From: Styela clava | Taxonomy: Eukaryota | Direction of reading: 5' to 3' | Length of the DNA stretch: 64,000 nt | Assembly: GCF_964204865.1 (NCBI RefSeq) | Contig: NC_135253.1 | Coordinates: 15,376,001-15,440,000, forward strand | Shown here: piece by piece, positions 24,495 through 35,537 of the stretch | How the letters are laid out: the number at the start of each line of letters is the position of its first letter | How positions within the stretch are numbered: the first letter of the stretch is position 1 | The notes under the pieces: generated by a model | The model's input: only the letters and a program-made list of their open reading frames with translations | The model's database searches: none | Told to the model about the DNA's origin: nothing | Translations under genes and position numbers: made by a program

Positions 24495-25879
24495 GCCAGC
24501 ACAGATAACTTATACACCCGCTCTTCGCGTTGTCTGATGTCGTCTGCGTATCCTCGAATAGAGATTTAACGTTTAATACTGTTTTCTAATCATTTTCTAA
24601 TTAAAAGACCTCAAACTAGGGCGCATCTCTTGATTACTTTACTTGATTACTTTAATATCAACTAATGAATTCTGCTTATAACTGATAGAACATGCAGAAT
24701 CATTGTGTTACATAAACTGAATCCATTGAAATTCGGACTAAATGAAATGTGTAAGCAATTTACTACAACGCCATGCCTCGTTTTAAAAGTAGAATGTTAC
24801 AAAGATGGTTCCGTTAACGCCGGACGATCAGATTTGATTTGTTTGAAATTTTGGTGACGCTACAGTGTCTTGGTGAATATCTAGCTGCTAATCTAAATAT
24901 ACCAATAACATTCTGTTTGTTGGAGAAGAAGTTCGGTGGTACATTACAGACACTGCTGGCTATGCCCAGAAAACATGCAGCGTGTGATGACCCACGATTG
25001 CCCAAATTTATCAGCGCAAACATACGAAACCTTTCGTTGCGCTTTTCTGAATTTTGTCAAGGTTAAGAACATACAGAGTGGCTCCCATTATCAATAAAAA
25101 GCATTCTCTGCTATTCCGTCATTTGTTGTTTCCTGCTATCTTTATTCGCTTGGCGGACAGACTTGCATTGCGTAGTTTGGCATTTTTCATTTTACTGTAT
25201 GCGGATTTTCGAACTCCTGGGAGTCGGAATCGAAATTCTGATCCCTACGCTTGAAATGACCACAAAGTTGGCGGAGTATCACAAAAAATTATCACGTGAT
25301 CGACAGCTGATTCAGCATGAAAACGAAAACAATCGCCATTGTCTGATTGTGAATGCAGGGTTGTGCCATGTTATTCCGTTATTGCTGTTTTGTTACGCTT
25401 TACAGCTATTGCAGTATTGGGCTGTTTTGAATGAAAAATCTTCAATTTAGCCTAGTATTCCATAAGTCAGTTTTTATTTATTCATTTGAGTTATGATTTT
25501 GTTTTACGTTCGCCTTAGCAGTTGTTTAGAAATAATAATTTATATACCGGTAATAGTCTACATGTCTGCATGTAGATTTATAGCCTTATATGACATTCAG
25601 ACATTTGTGTATAGCCTAGTTAGGGTTACAGGGCTAGGATTGTACCAGAACCGAAGGTATGGGTATGGTATATGTTGCCACTGTGGTAAATAAATATTCA
25701 TAAATAAATCTTTAAAATTATTTTTAAACGACTCCTGAGGAAACTGAAAATTGAAGTCATACTGTCATAACTTGAACTCAAACTGATCAGAAAAGTCCAG
25801 AGGGCGAAAGCTGTAAACCGATCTGATATCCAGTATATCTTTCAAATTTATCTTAATTTCTGCACTTCACTTGATAAAC

Positions 25880-26089
25880 GCGGGCGTAGCGGTGGTGCTC
25901 ATCGTGCTAAGCATTAGGAATACGCTCGTCACCGCGTCTGTAATTACTGAATTAGTCTGCGTGGGTTCGAATCCCATGAGAGGATGGTTATGTGTGAGAG
26001 GATTGCTGGACTCCTCGCCGCGGTAGGGTGGTTCACATAACCGCTGGTCGGTACTCTCCCCCGGGATAAATATGTGCATCCTATCCTAA
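25880..26089 (+). mobile_element. tRNA-derived SINE
   Basis: A-box-like tggtgctcatcgtgctaag and B box gggttcgaatccc (25963-25975), followed by a non-tRNA body and atcct-repeat tail shared with 7904-8076. Confidence 0.7.
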
Positions 26090-26268
26090 ACCAATCAACC
26101 AATTCATTTTGGTGGCTCTAGTATAAAACAAAATTAAAGTCTTTTTGTTTGGTACCGTAACCTGATAACTGACTACTGGACTATGTCAAATACTGAAATA
26201 AGAGCTTTCTCTTTCATGACTTAATTATATCATTCCATGATTTTCGAGTACTAATGTAGAACCTAAAT

Positions 26269-28845
26269 TTGTCTTCTATGACGATGAGTTCCTATTGTGT
26301 GAGAAGATGTCTTGTAGTAAGGTCTTCAAAGGATTTAATTTATACGTCAAGATTTTCAATGTCATCTTATGAAATCAGAAAAAAGTTCATTGATTTTTTT
26401 CATAAACAACACAACCATGAATTCATTTCTTCATCATCGGTCAAACTTCTCAGCGATCCCTCATTACTTTTTGTCAATGCCGGAATGAACCAGTTCAAGC
26501 CAAAAATATTAGACACTATTGATCCAAATGACAAAATGTCTTCATTAAGACGAGCTGTTAACAGTCAAAAATGTATACGTGCAGGAGGGAAGCACAATGA
26601 TTTGCAAGATGTTGGTAAGGACACATCACATCACACATTTTTTGAAATGTTGGGTTCATGGTCTTTTGGAGATTACTTTAAAGAAAAAGCTTGCGAGATG
26701 GCACTTGAATTGTTGACTGAACAATTTAAATTACCCGTAGATAGATTGTATTTTACCTATTTTGGAGGGGATGATTTACAAAGACTAGACACTGATACGA
26801 GTACAAGAGATGTGTGGAAATCTCTTGGAGTACCCAGTAAGAACATTTTACCATTTGGATTTAAAGATAATTTCTGGGAAATGGGAGATAAAGGGCCATG
26901 TGGGCCTTGTACAGAGATTCATTATGATTATGCCGGAAACGGGCGAGATTTGGTAAATGCTGGTCATTCAGACGTTGTTGAAATATGGAATTTAGTATTT
27001 ATGCAATACAATAGAATTTCAAATGGAGATCTGGTATATTTACCAACAAATCATGTTGATACAGGAATGGGATTGGAACGAATTACTGCAATTTTGCAGA
27101 ATAAGAAATCAAATTATGATACAGATTTATTTCTACCTATTTTGAACCAAATTGGAGAAATTTGCAATTGTCCAAAATATCAAGGTACAAATACTCCTAT
27201 AGACGAAGCATACAGGATTGTTAGTGACCATATACGTATGCTAGTAGTTGCAATATCTGATCATGTTTATCCCGGGAATGCAGGGGCTGAGTTAATCTTG
27301 AGGAGAGTGTTACGTCGAGCTTACCTCAAATCAAAACAAATATTACATGCTCCTGATGGACTTTTATGTGAATTAGTTCCAATTGTAGTAGGTTCCTTAT
27401 CGTCACATTATCTGTACATGAAAGATCGTCAAATTGATGTAATAAGAATAATTCGCAATGAAGAAGATAGTTTCATTAATGTTCTAAAAAAGGGTGAAAA
27501 AATATTCAATAAAGCTATAAAGAATATTAGTAAGGAAAAAAATTTTCCAATGGAAACTGCTATTCTACTGTATAATCATTATGGATATCCCATTGAATTA
27601 ATAATAAATAATCTTAACGAGAAAGATATTGTTTTGGACATTGATGAATTCAATAGATATCAAGAAGGCCGAGAAGAGTTGAAACAATCAGGAAGAGAAA
27701 TCGAGAATAAACAAATGAAACAAAATATTGAAATTACATCAAATATTATCAATGATTTGAGGTCGAAAAATATTCCTGCCACAGATGCACAACCAAAATA
27801 TATTACTGTAAGAAATAATGATACTAGGTCATATAATTTTCCATCATTAGCTTCAAAATTGTTATGTGTTATTTCAAGCGAAGGCAAATTATTGGACACT
27901 GTCGAACCTGGTCTCCACTGTGCTCTTGTTTTTGATAAAAGTTCTTTCTATTATACTGATGGTGGACAAGTTGCAGACAAGGGATCAGTGGATGTTGATA
28001 ACACAGAAGCCTTCAGTATATTGGATGTCACTTATGCTGGAGGGTACATATTTCATCATGGATACATTTCTAGAGAATGTATGAGTCTAAAAGTTGGGGA
28101 TGAGGTTAAATTATCGCTAAATCCAGCAAGAAGACAGGCATGCATGCGGGCTCACACTGCAACTCATATTATTAACCATGCATGGAGAGAAATTATCGGA
28201 TCTGATATTATTCAACAAGGATCGAAAGTAGATGAAGATAGCTTTCGATTAACTTTGAATGGACCCACACCAACACGATCTCAACTCAATAAAATCTTAC
28301 AAGTAGTTCGCACTCAAATTTTATCAGATGGTAATGTGGTTGCCAGTAACATTGCTTTGAATGATGCTCTTGATGATGGTAACATCCGAAGACTAACAGA
28401 CAATATATATTCTGATCCAGCTAGAATTATTTCTATTGGTAAATGTTCTCAAAATAATCACTCTGTTGAATTATGTGGTGGCACACATGTTCAAAAAACT
28501 GGAGATATTGGGCAGTTTGTTATACTATCTTGCAAAAGTCAGGGATTAAATAGAACAACTGTTAAATGTTTAACAGGAAGGCCAGCTGAGGACTCAGAAT
28601 CATGCCTGAAAGATGTCCAGACAAGAGTTTGTAAACAAGTTGATGAAAACAAAAAATTATTGTCTGAAAATGATATCTCTGTTACGACGTACAAAGAAAT
28701 AAAAAAACAAATTGGACAATTGTATCATGAAGTTATTAGTGCTGATATTTCAACAATTTGCAAATCTGATATGCAGGCGAAGTTGCGTCATCAGTCACAA
28801 CAATTATCTACAAAAATCAAAAGAATCAGCCGAAAATCTGGTTGA
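26269..28845 (+). CDS. AARS2: Alanyl-tRNA synthetase, mitochondrial, intronless (true start probably ATG 26278 or 26284), copy A
   Basis: LLFVNAGMNQFK, HHTFFEMLG, GPCGPCTEIH, DTGMGLER, and editing motifs HTATH and ELCGGTH. N-terminal presequence; cytosolic/bacterial motifs GRGYVLRR and LYDTYGFP are altered to GAELILRR and LYNHYGYP, as expected for the mitochondrial type. Confidence 0.92.
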   Translation: MSSMTMSSYCVRRCLVVRSSKDLIYTSRFSMSSYEIRKKFIDFFHKQHNHEFISSSSVKLLSDPSLLFVNAGMNQFKPKILDTIDPNDKMSSLRRAVNSQKCIRAGGKHNDLQDVGKDTSHHTFFEMLGSWSFGDYFKEKACEMALELLTEQFKLPVDRLYFTYFGGDDLQRLDTDTSTRDVWKSLGVPSKNILPFGFKDNFWEMGDKGPCGPCTEIHYDYAGNGRDLVNAGHSDVVEIWNLVFMQYNRISNGDLVYLPTNHVDTGMGLERITAILQNKKSNYDTDLFLPILNQIGEICNCPKYQGTNTPIDEAYRIVSDHIRMLVVAISDHVYPGNAGAELILRRVLRRAYLKSKQILHAPDGLLCELVPIVVGSLSSHYLYMKDRQIDVIRIIRNEEDSFINVLKKGEKIFNKAIKNISKEKNFPMETAILLYNHYGYPIELIINNLNEKDIVLDIDEFNRYQEGREELKQSGREIENKQMKQNIEITSNIINDLRSKNIPATDAQPKYITVRNNDTRSYNFPSLASKLLCVISSEGKLLDTVEPGLHCALVFDKSSFYYTDGGQVADKGSVDVDNTEAFSILDVTYAGGYIFHHGYISRECMSLKVGDEVKLSLNPARRQACMRAHTATHIINHAWREIIGSDIIQQGSKVDEDSFRLTLNGPTPTRSQLNKILQVVRTQILSDGNVVASNIALNDALDDGNIRRLTDNIYSDPARIISIGKCSQNNHSVELCGGTHVQKTGDIGQFVILSCKSQGLNRTTVKCLTGRPAEDSESCLKDVQTRVCKQVDENKKLLSENDISVTTYKEIKKQIGQLYHEVISADISTICKSDMQAKLRHQSQQLSTKIKRISRKSG

Positions 28846-29257
28846 AGAATATATATATACCAACTTTATATTTTCATCTAAATGAGTAGTAAGGGTTAAA
28901 CTCCTAGGATTATAAATAAAGATATATCAATATGCTTTCGATCATTCAGCTGAAAATGATATTATTTCGACATCTTAATCTCAGTTCCTCTATCCAATAT
29001 GCAAATTCCAGGAATCTTGAATAATATAGTAAAAATAATACAAACATACAATTCAGTAAGAATCCCTTCTTCTGGGAAGTTTTCAACTAACTGTGTGCTT
29101 CAATTGAAAATTATTTTGGATATGAAAATGAATACCACTGTTATAGTTCAATTAACTTTGAATACCAATTTTGTGATTAAATAATTCTATCAATTTATTA
29201 TTATTAACATATTTGTTACTCCAATTTCTAGTGTAGAATTGTAATATTAAATTAATC

Positions 29258-30388
29258 ATGGGTCGTATCTTTCTCGAACATATTGGAGGTTCAAGATTGT
29301 TTGCATGTGCAAACTGTGATACATCATTGACAAATCGTGTGGAATTAATATCTATGAGATTTACTGGAGCTACTGGACGAGCATATTTGTTCAACAAGGT
29401 AATGCTGGTTAATAATGCTGGTTGCGAAATAAAGATCTGTACACAATTAAAGTAATTAGGATCCCAGTAATTACTATTTGATGCTTCGCTTGTTCAATTT
29501 CAAATATGGGTCTTAGATGAGATTCTCGTTCAGGCTGATTTCAGTCTCAATAAGGCTGATTTCAGTCTCAATATTACCGTTATTTTTACCAATAGTAACT
29601 AATTTTCTAATTACAGGTGGTAAACTTGACTTACAGTGAAGTTCAAGATAGAGTCATGTTGACGGGTCGTCATATGGTACGAGATGTTTGCTGTAGAAAT
29701 TGTAAGACTAAGCTGGGATGGATGTACGAGTATGCAACAGAAGAAGCACAGAGGTAAAGGATTGTTTTTTGTAATGAGAGTGTGCTAAAGGCAAGGTCAC
29801 ACACAATTAGAAGTGAAGGGATCTCATCTCTCCATAGCATTGCCGGAAGCTAAATCGAATTAATGGTGGTGTAAGAAAATACAAATTGATGTGAGGGTTG
29901 AAGTATTTCAAGTCAGTTCGTAGTGAATGAGGTAGAGAATTCCACATAACTATTGCTCTTGGAAAAACTTTTGGATCAAAAATTTCTTAGTCTTCATAGA
30001 ACATGGCTGTGTAGTCTTATACATACTCCAATGCCGATCTGATGAGTATTACCAATACATGACCACCTTCTTTTGTAAAATACTTGTTTAATACGTCTCA
30101 CACCAGTGTGCTTCATATTAATGATGACCAGTGTTGTAAAGAAGTAGTCAAACATTCTGACAGCTGTCTCCCTTTTTGATGTTTAAAATTGCACAAATAG
30201 AAATGTATATTTTCAGATACAAAGAGGGAAGAATAATATTGGAACGAGCTCTCATAATGGAAAGTGATGGATTTGAAGAAACACCAAAACCATCTGTACA
30301 TAGCATTAGAAAGAGAATGAATCAGGCAACTGTAACAACAAATTCATCAAACAGTGATGATGCTACAGGGGTATGGACCAGCGAGTAA
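29258..30388 (+). CDS. YPEL5: Protein yippee-like 5, copy A; exons 29258-29398, 29617-29753, 30217-30388; 149 aa
   Basis: [24 protein letters not shown]|[37 protein letters not shown]|[12 protein letters not shown]; GT-AG introns in phase. Confidence 0.95.
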
Positions 30389-31808
30389 CTGTTTTCGTAA
30401 CAAAACATAGTGAAACTGTTATTGTTGTTACGTGGGACATGTTGGACTGACTCGGTGAATGACAACGTATCGAAGTTTGCCAGAGGATGTTACTATCATA
30501 CACAAAAAATACTAGTGTTTGGCCTATGAATAATCAGGTACCAGGATATGCCAAGCCGCTGATGGGATTTTATCATTTATGTTTATATGTTCAAATTGAA
30601 ATTATGAAGAGAAGTTGATGCCAAACTAATAACTTGTTACAACATATGAATTACAGAAGTAGTTCTATTTTGTTTTCATGCTAACTTGTGATCAGATTAT
30701 GAGCATACTGCACCATTACGTCCGACCACATATAGAAATGTTACTGAGATCATGACATTTCTCTGTGAGGTATTCCCTCCCCATATCAATGTGGTAATCT
30801 AGTAACACATTATGATTACCTGGCAGCTGCTTGCCTACTTTGTGCAATAATTACTAATTAAAGAAGTTATTATTATCTTACATTTAATTTTTAAAGGTCT
30901 TTTTCACTTGCATGCATATAGACTAAGAACTATTGTTTTGTGTTTTTCTTCAATAAGGAAAAGGATATGGTCCTTTCAAAGTGATACTTTATCTATATAT
31001 TTCAGATCTATATTTATTCAATACATTATTACTTTTGATGTTCTATGATTGCGTATTCAAGCTATGGTTTAGGGTTAATATTAGCAAAGGCTGTGGTAGG
31101 CAATCAGTTCAGAGAGAACATCCACGACTGATTTTGTATGAGACAGGGTATATACCGTGTTTCTCCGAGATTCAATTTTCTTTCGAAAAATAAAACTAGG
31201 GCTTCTTTTTGGGGGATGTCTTTTATTTTCATTTATCAAAAACAAAATTACAAAGTAGAAAATCACAAGATATTCAAATATACAAAATATGGAACCGATA
31301 TCCATTTACTTATCAAATAACAATTTCTTTTTTTTAAAAACCAACTAGGGTCTATTTTAAGAGGGGGGGGGGGACATTTTTTTTTTCAAACAAGCTCCTA
31401 TTTTCGGGTAAACACGGCAGTAGCTGATGTGGTCAAACCTGAATATTTAATCACGGTATGATATTCATGATGACAATTATATATTCAAAATTTAGGGTCA
31501 TTTGTCAGTGGATCATAAATCATTGTATATTCTGGAATTTTCTTTTTTTTGTGCCCAAAACATTGTTTTGGTTGGTAATCTATTTTCTCGAGTTGCCTGG
31601 TCTTCCCTAATGGAACTAGTATAACTAATTAGGTAGTTGATTTGTTTTAGGATGATAAGTTGTCTGTTCCAAATATGTGAGAGTGGTGCTTTGGCTTTAA
31701 CTTCGGATTGTAAAGTCATAGTCAAGTTTATTTCTTCCATCTAGCAAAAATATCACGCTAAATTAAAGGACCGTGGAGAACCGAAGCTGGTTATTAAAGC
31801 AGCTACAC

Positions 31809-32277
31809 CAAGGGTCGGCAACCTACGGCCCGCGGGCCGGATGCGGCGGTTCACTGAATTATAGTAACAAAACAGCTGTTTTGACGACTATATTCTTTAC
31901 GTAATAGAATTTATTGTAAGACACGTGTAGACTAAATAACATTATAACCTAACAAGTATATAATTTACAATTATCGCTTAATGAGCCTATCAAATTGCAA
32001 AAAAACGCAGAAGTTGATGCTAAGTGAAAAGGGTTCAATGGCGCCGAAAATATTCAAATGGCATTTTTTTGAGATGCGATGAGGAAATAAATCTACTAAA
32101 TCTATATCTATTAAATCTATTAATAAATCTATTCGATAGATGTATCACTGCTTGATATTTATTATTATAAAAAGTATTATCCGTTCGGTTTTCAACTTTC
32201 TAAAAATATGTGCGGCCCGCCAATGACTTGCAAACCTTAATTTTGGCCAACGAGCGACAAAAGGTTGCCGACCATTG
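31809..32277. mobile_element. hAT MITE at the junction between the duplicated blocks
   Basis: TIRs caagggtcggcaacct / aggttgccgaccattg. The right TSD is interrupted after agc by another hAT-like end (caggggcgtatc at 32280). Confidence 0.75.
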
Positions 32278-32523
32278 AGCAGGGGCGTATCTATGTAAAA
32301 TGGCGCGCCCATAGCAAAACTCAAAATGCGCCCTCTTGAATTTTCAAGACTGTTGTTGAATTAAGATACTTGTGCGATTATTACTATTTAAATAAAAATA
32401 CGAGTATAATTGTTCTCCCAATTTGAAATTTTTTATTGAAACATTTTCCGATTGAACCTTCTCAATATTTAACGCCTCTCGACAAACGTGCATAATTGTT
32501 ATCTTAGTTCAGATTCAGATATT

Positions 32524-34627
32524 TTATTTCGTCAGGCCTGTAACATGACTGACATGGGGGGTTGAGAACCGAAAAGGTCGCCAATAACGCGTGCAATTGC
32601 CTTTTGCTGAAATTGATTGTTTTTGACATCGTGGCGTGTTATTTAGGTCGTAAACGTCTTTTACGTTGGTGCTTATTGTCTCTGAATCGCAAATTTTTCC
32701 ACAAATAACGATGATATTTATTTTATTTTTGTACTCGCACGGAATCGTGCATCTGGAGAATCTCCAACCTGGAACCGATGTTTGTTTCTTCCGTTTTCCT
32801 TTTATGTATTGCGTTTTGTTTTGATGGAATACAGTACATAATTCCAGGAGAGTGCCAATAACAACGAGAATTGTTAAGAATCCGAATATGCACCTGTTTA
32901 AATACATAAATCAGAATTTGAACTGCCCACGGAAGAATGCAAGGTTTGATTGAATCGCCGAACATATAGTGGAGATTTTACAGCAAACTGTTAAATTGTA
33001 CATTTTCGAATATAAAGTAAGTGGTAACGCTGAACATTAATTATTTTGTGAGTAATACTGTAATGAATTCAGTGCATAAAACTTTTTGGATATGTTGTCA
33101 CTATAGAATAATGATTATAGAACAATATGTATAACAAGATTATTAGGTAAACTATTTACAATATTTCCGTATTTAATTGTCATTTATTTTTTAAGTTTTT
33201 GGATAGTATTAAACTATACATTTGGTTATGTTTTTGCATGGTACATATTTGCTTACTCGACTGTTATTTTTTAATAAGCACAAGAACAAAGCACGCCAAT
33301 AACAATGCCAATGTCTAAATTAAATGAAAACGGTTATCATTATACCGACTCACATAGTCACGTAAAACCCATAACCATGCTCTTCGTCTTCTTCACATTG
33401 TGAGATGGAGTAAAGGGAGACATGTTTCGTAGAGTTTGTTTCAAAATGATCTAAAGGCAATTTATAAAATATAATATATATATATATTGAAGTGTGAGCG
33501 AGAGAGAGTAGACTATACGGCATATTTAGTACCTCCCAGTTCATTTTCCGGCATCTGAGTGAATTTGTGCCATATGTATTCCAGCATAGCTTGAAGCATG
33601 GATGAATTATGTCAAAGATTAGCATAAAAACATCCAATTAGTGTAACAAATATAATTATGTTTACAGGTTATTGTGATTTTAATCGCATTTACAATAGTT
33701 AGTATATATGTGCTAATTATACAAATATAATATATACAGGCTGTCTCAAACTAGTATCATATATAATAACCTTGAAATATAATCATTGCATAATTCGAAA
33801 CATCATTTTCGTGGCAATGCACAGGAATGCTCTGATATTTTGTCGCAATAACGCTATAATTTTTTGTCCAATCTATCTCACGAGAGATTAGATATCGTCT
33901 CTCAGGCTGTAGCAATCGTAGTCGACAATATCTTGTGCCCGATACCTTGCATTTTCGATAGATATCTACAATGGAGTTTGTGGGTGAGGTGTCAGCTGCA
34001 AAATATTTACACTTTACACACAAAGTTTACAGGCAATCTAATGTGCGCTAGTTATGATTGTTATTATGCTTACTTTGCTTTCCTTCGTGAACCAATACAT
34101 TTAACATTGATCACACTCACTCAAAATTTTCACATCATGAGTTTTGGAACAAGAAGTATACCTGTAGTTCCCAGTCGGTTGGTAAATACGTCGAACTAGC
34201 CCAGAAAACTTGTAGGACGACATGGTATGGATCAGGTGGAATCTTACGAAGATTACAAAAATATCCTAAACATTACACATATATAATAGAAGCGCAGATG
34301 TTATGGCGATAGGCGGCAGAACTTTTTAAAGTCTGCTGTTTTGTATCATCCTGATGGCTCGCGTAACGACCGTTTTTACTGTTAGGATTATCAATTAATT
34401 TATCATTATAAAGGATACTAACCAGATAATGCAGTTGTTGTAGCGTTTGTCTCAACCATTTCCGGGTTCGTCTTACAGACTGCCGTGATAAGGTTTTCGT
34501 CGGGGTTCACTGGGACATTTTGACGGCGATTTACGCCTTCATTAATAGACATTAATATTTGAGGAGTCAGTGCATTCACGCTCGACAAAGCAGTACAAAG
34601 AGTGATGTACAGTATCAATATATTCAT
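32524..34627 (-). CDS. Truncated duplicate of the NRF-6-like gene (exons 1-4 only, new C-terminus, ~298 aa); possibly a pseudogene
   Basis: Exons 1-3 and the 5' half of exon 4 match copy A. Homology stops at 32760 and the frame runs on into junction sequence to a stop at 32524. Confidence 0.6.
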
Positions 34628-35537
34628 GATCCTTACTATTTCAAGGAAAACAAGAGCTCGCTACTGATGAACTGTAAGACGGCACTGCTTTATAAACAAC
34701 GGACAGTATATGAGAAAAATACGAATTTTTAAAGGTTGCTTGCAACAACACATTCGGAACAACTAATCATTTGAAATATACCGTACTACCACATCAGCTG
34801 GCGAGAAAACGCACTAGTCTAACCCTAACTGAATAAATCTAACGATCCTTGGCAAGCACAAATAACTTATACGCCCGCTTCTTCGCGTTGTCTGATGTCG
34901 TCTGCGTATCCTCGAATAGAGATTTAACGTTTAATTCTGTTTTCTAATCATTTTCTAATTAAAAGACCTCAAACTAGGGCGCATCTCTTGATTACTTTAC
35001 TTGATTACTTTAATATCAACTAATGAATTCTGCTTATAACTGATAGAAAATGCAGAATCATTGTGTTACATAAACTGAATCCATTGAAATTCGGACTAAA
35101 TGAAATGTGTAAGCAATTTACTACAACGCCATGCCTCGTTTTAAAAGCAGAATGTTACAAAGATGGTTCCGTTAACGCCGGACGATCAGATGATATTTGA
35201 AGAAAAAGATTTGATTTGCTTGAAATTTTGGTGACGCTACAGTAGTGTCTTGGTGAATATCTAGCTGCTAATCTAAATATACCAATAACATTCTGTTTGT
35301 TGGAGAAGAAGTTCGGTGGTACATTACAGACACTGCTGGCTATGCCCAGAAAACATGCAGCGTGTGATGACCCACGATTGCCCAAATTTATCAGCACAAA
35401 CATACGGGACCTTTCGTTGCGCTTTTTGAATTTTGTCAAGGTTAAGAACATACAGATTGGCTCCCATTATCAATAAAAAGCATTCTCTGCTATTCCGTCA
35501 TTTGTTGTTTCCTGCTATCTTTATTCGCTTGGCGGAC

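Larger units (their letters stand above)
20823..31660 (+). repeat. Segmental duplication, copy A (5' NRF-6-like exons, SINE, AARS2, YPEL5)
   Basis: Colinear high identity to 32760-52120, apart from TE insertions. Confidence 0.95.

Noticed and set aside
24814-25450. Cluster of 66-98-aa ORFs between the NRF-6-like gene and AARS2
   Set aside because: No recognisable motifs; indels between copies A and B change the frames.
25880-25980. tRNA gene (GGTTCGAATCCC B box)
   Set aside because: No cloverleaf or acceptor stem, and it continues into a body and tail repeated elsewhere, so it is a SINE head.
30039-30100. Hammerhead ribozyme (CTGATGAG core)
   Set aside because: No GAAA closing stem II and no stems I/III.
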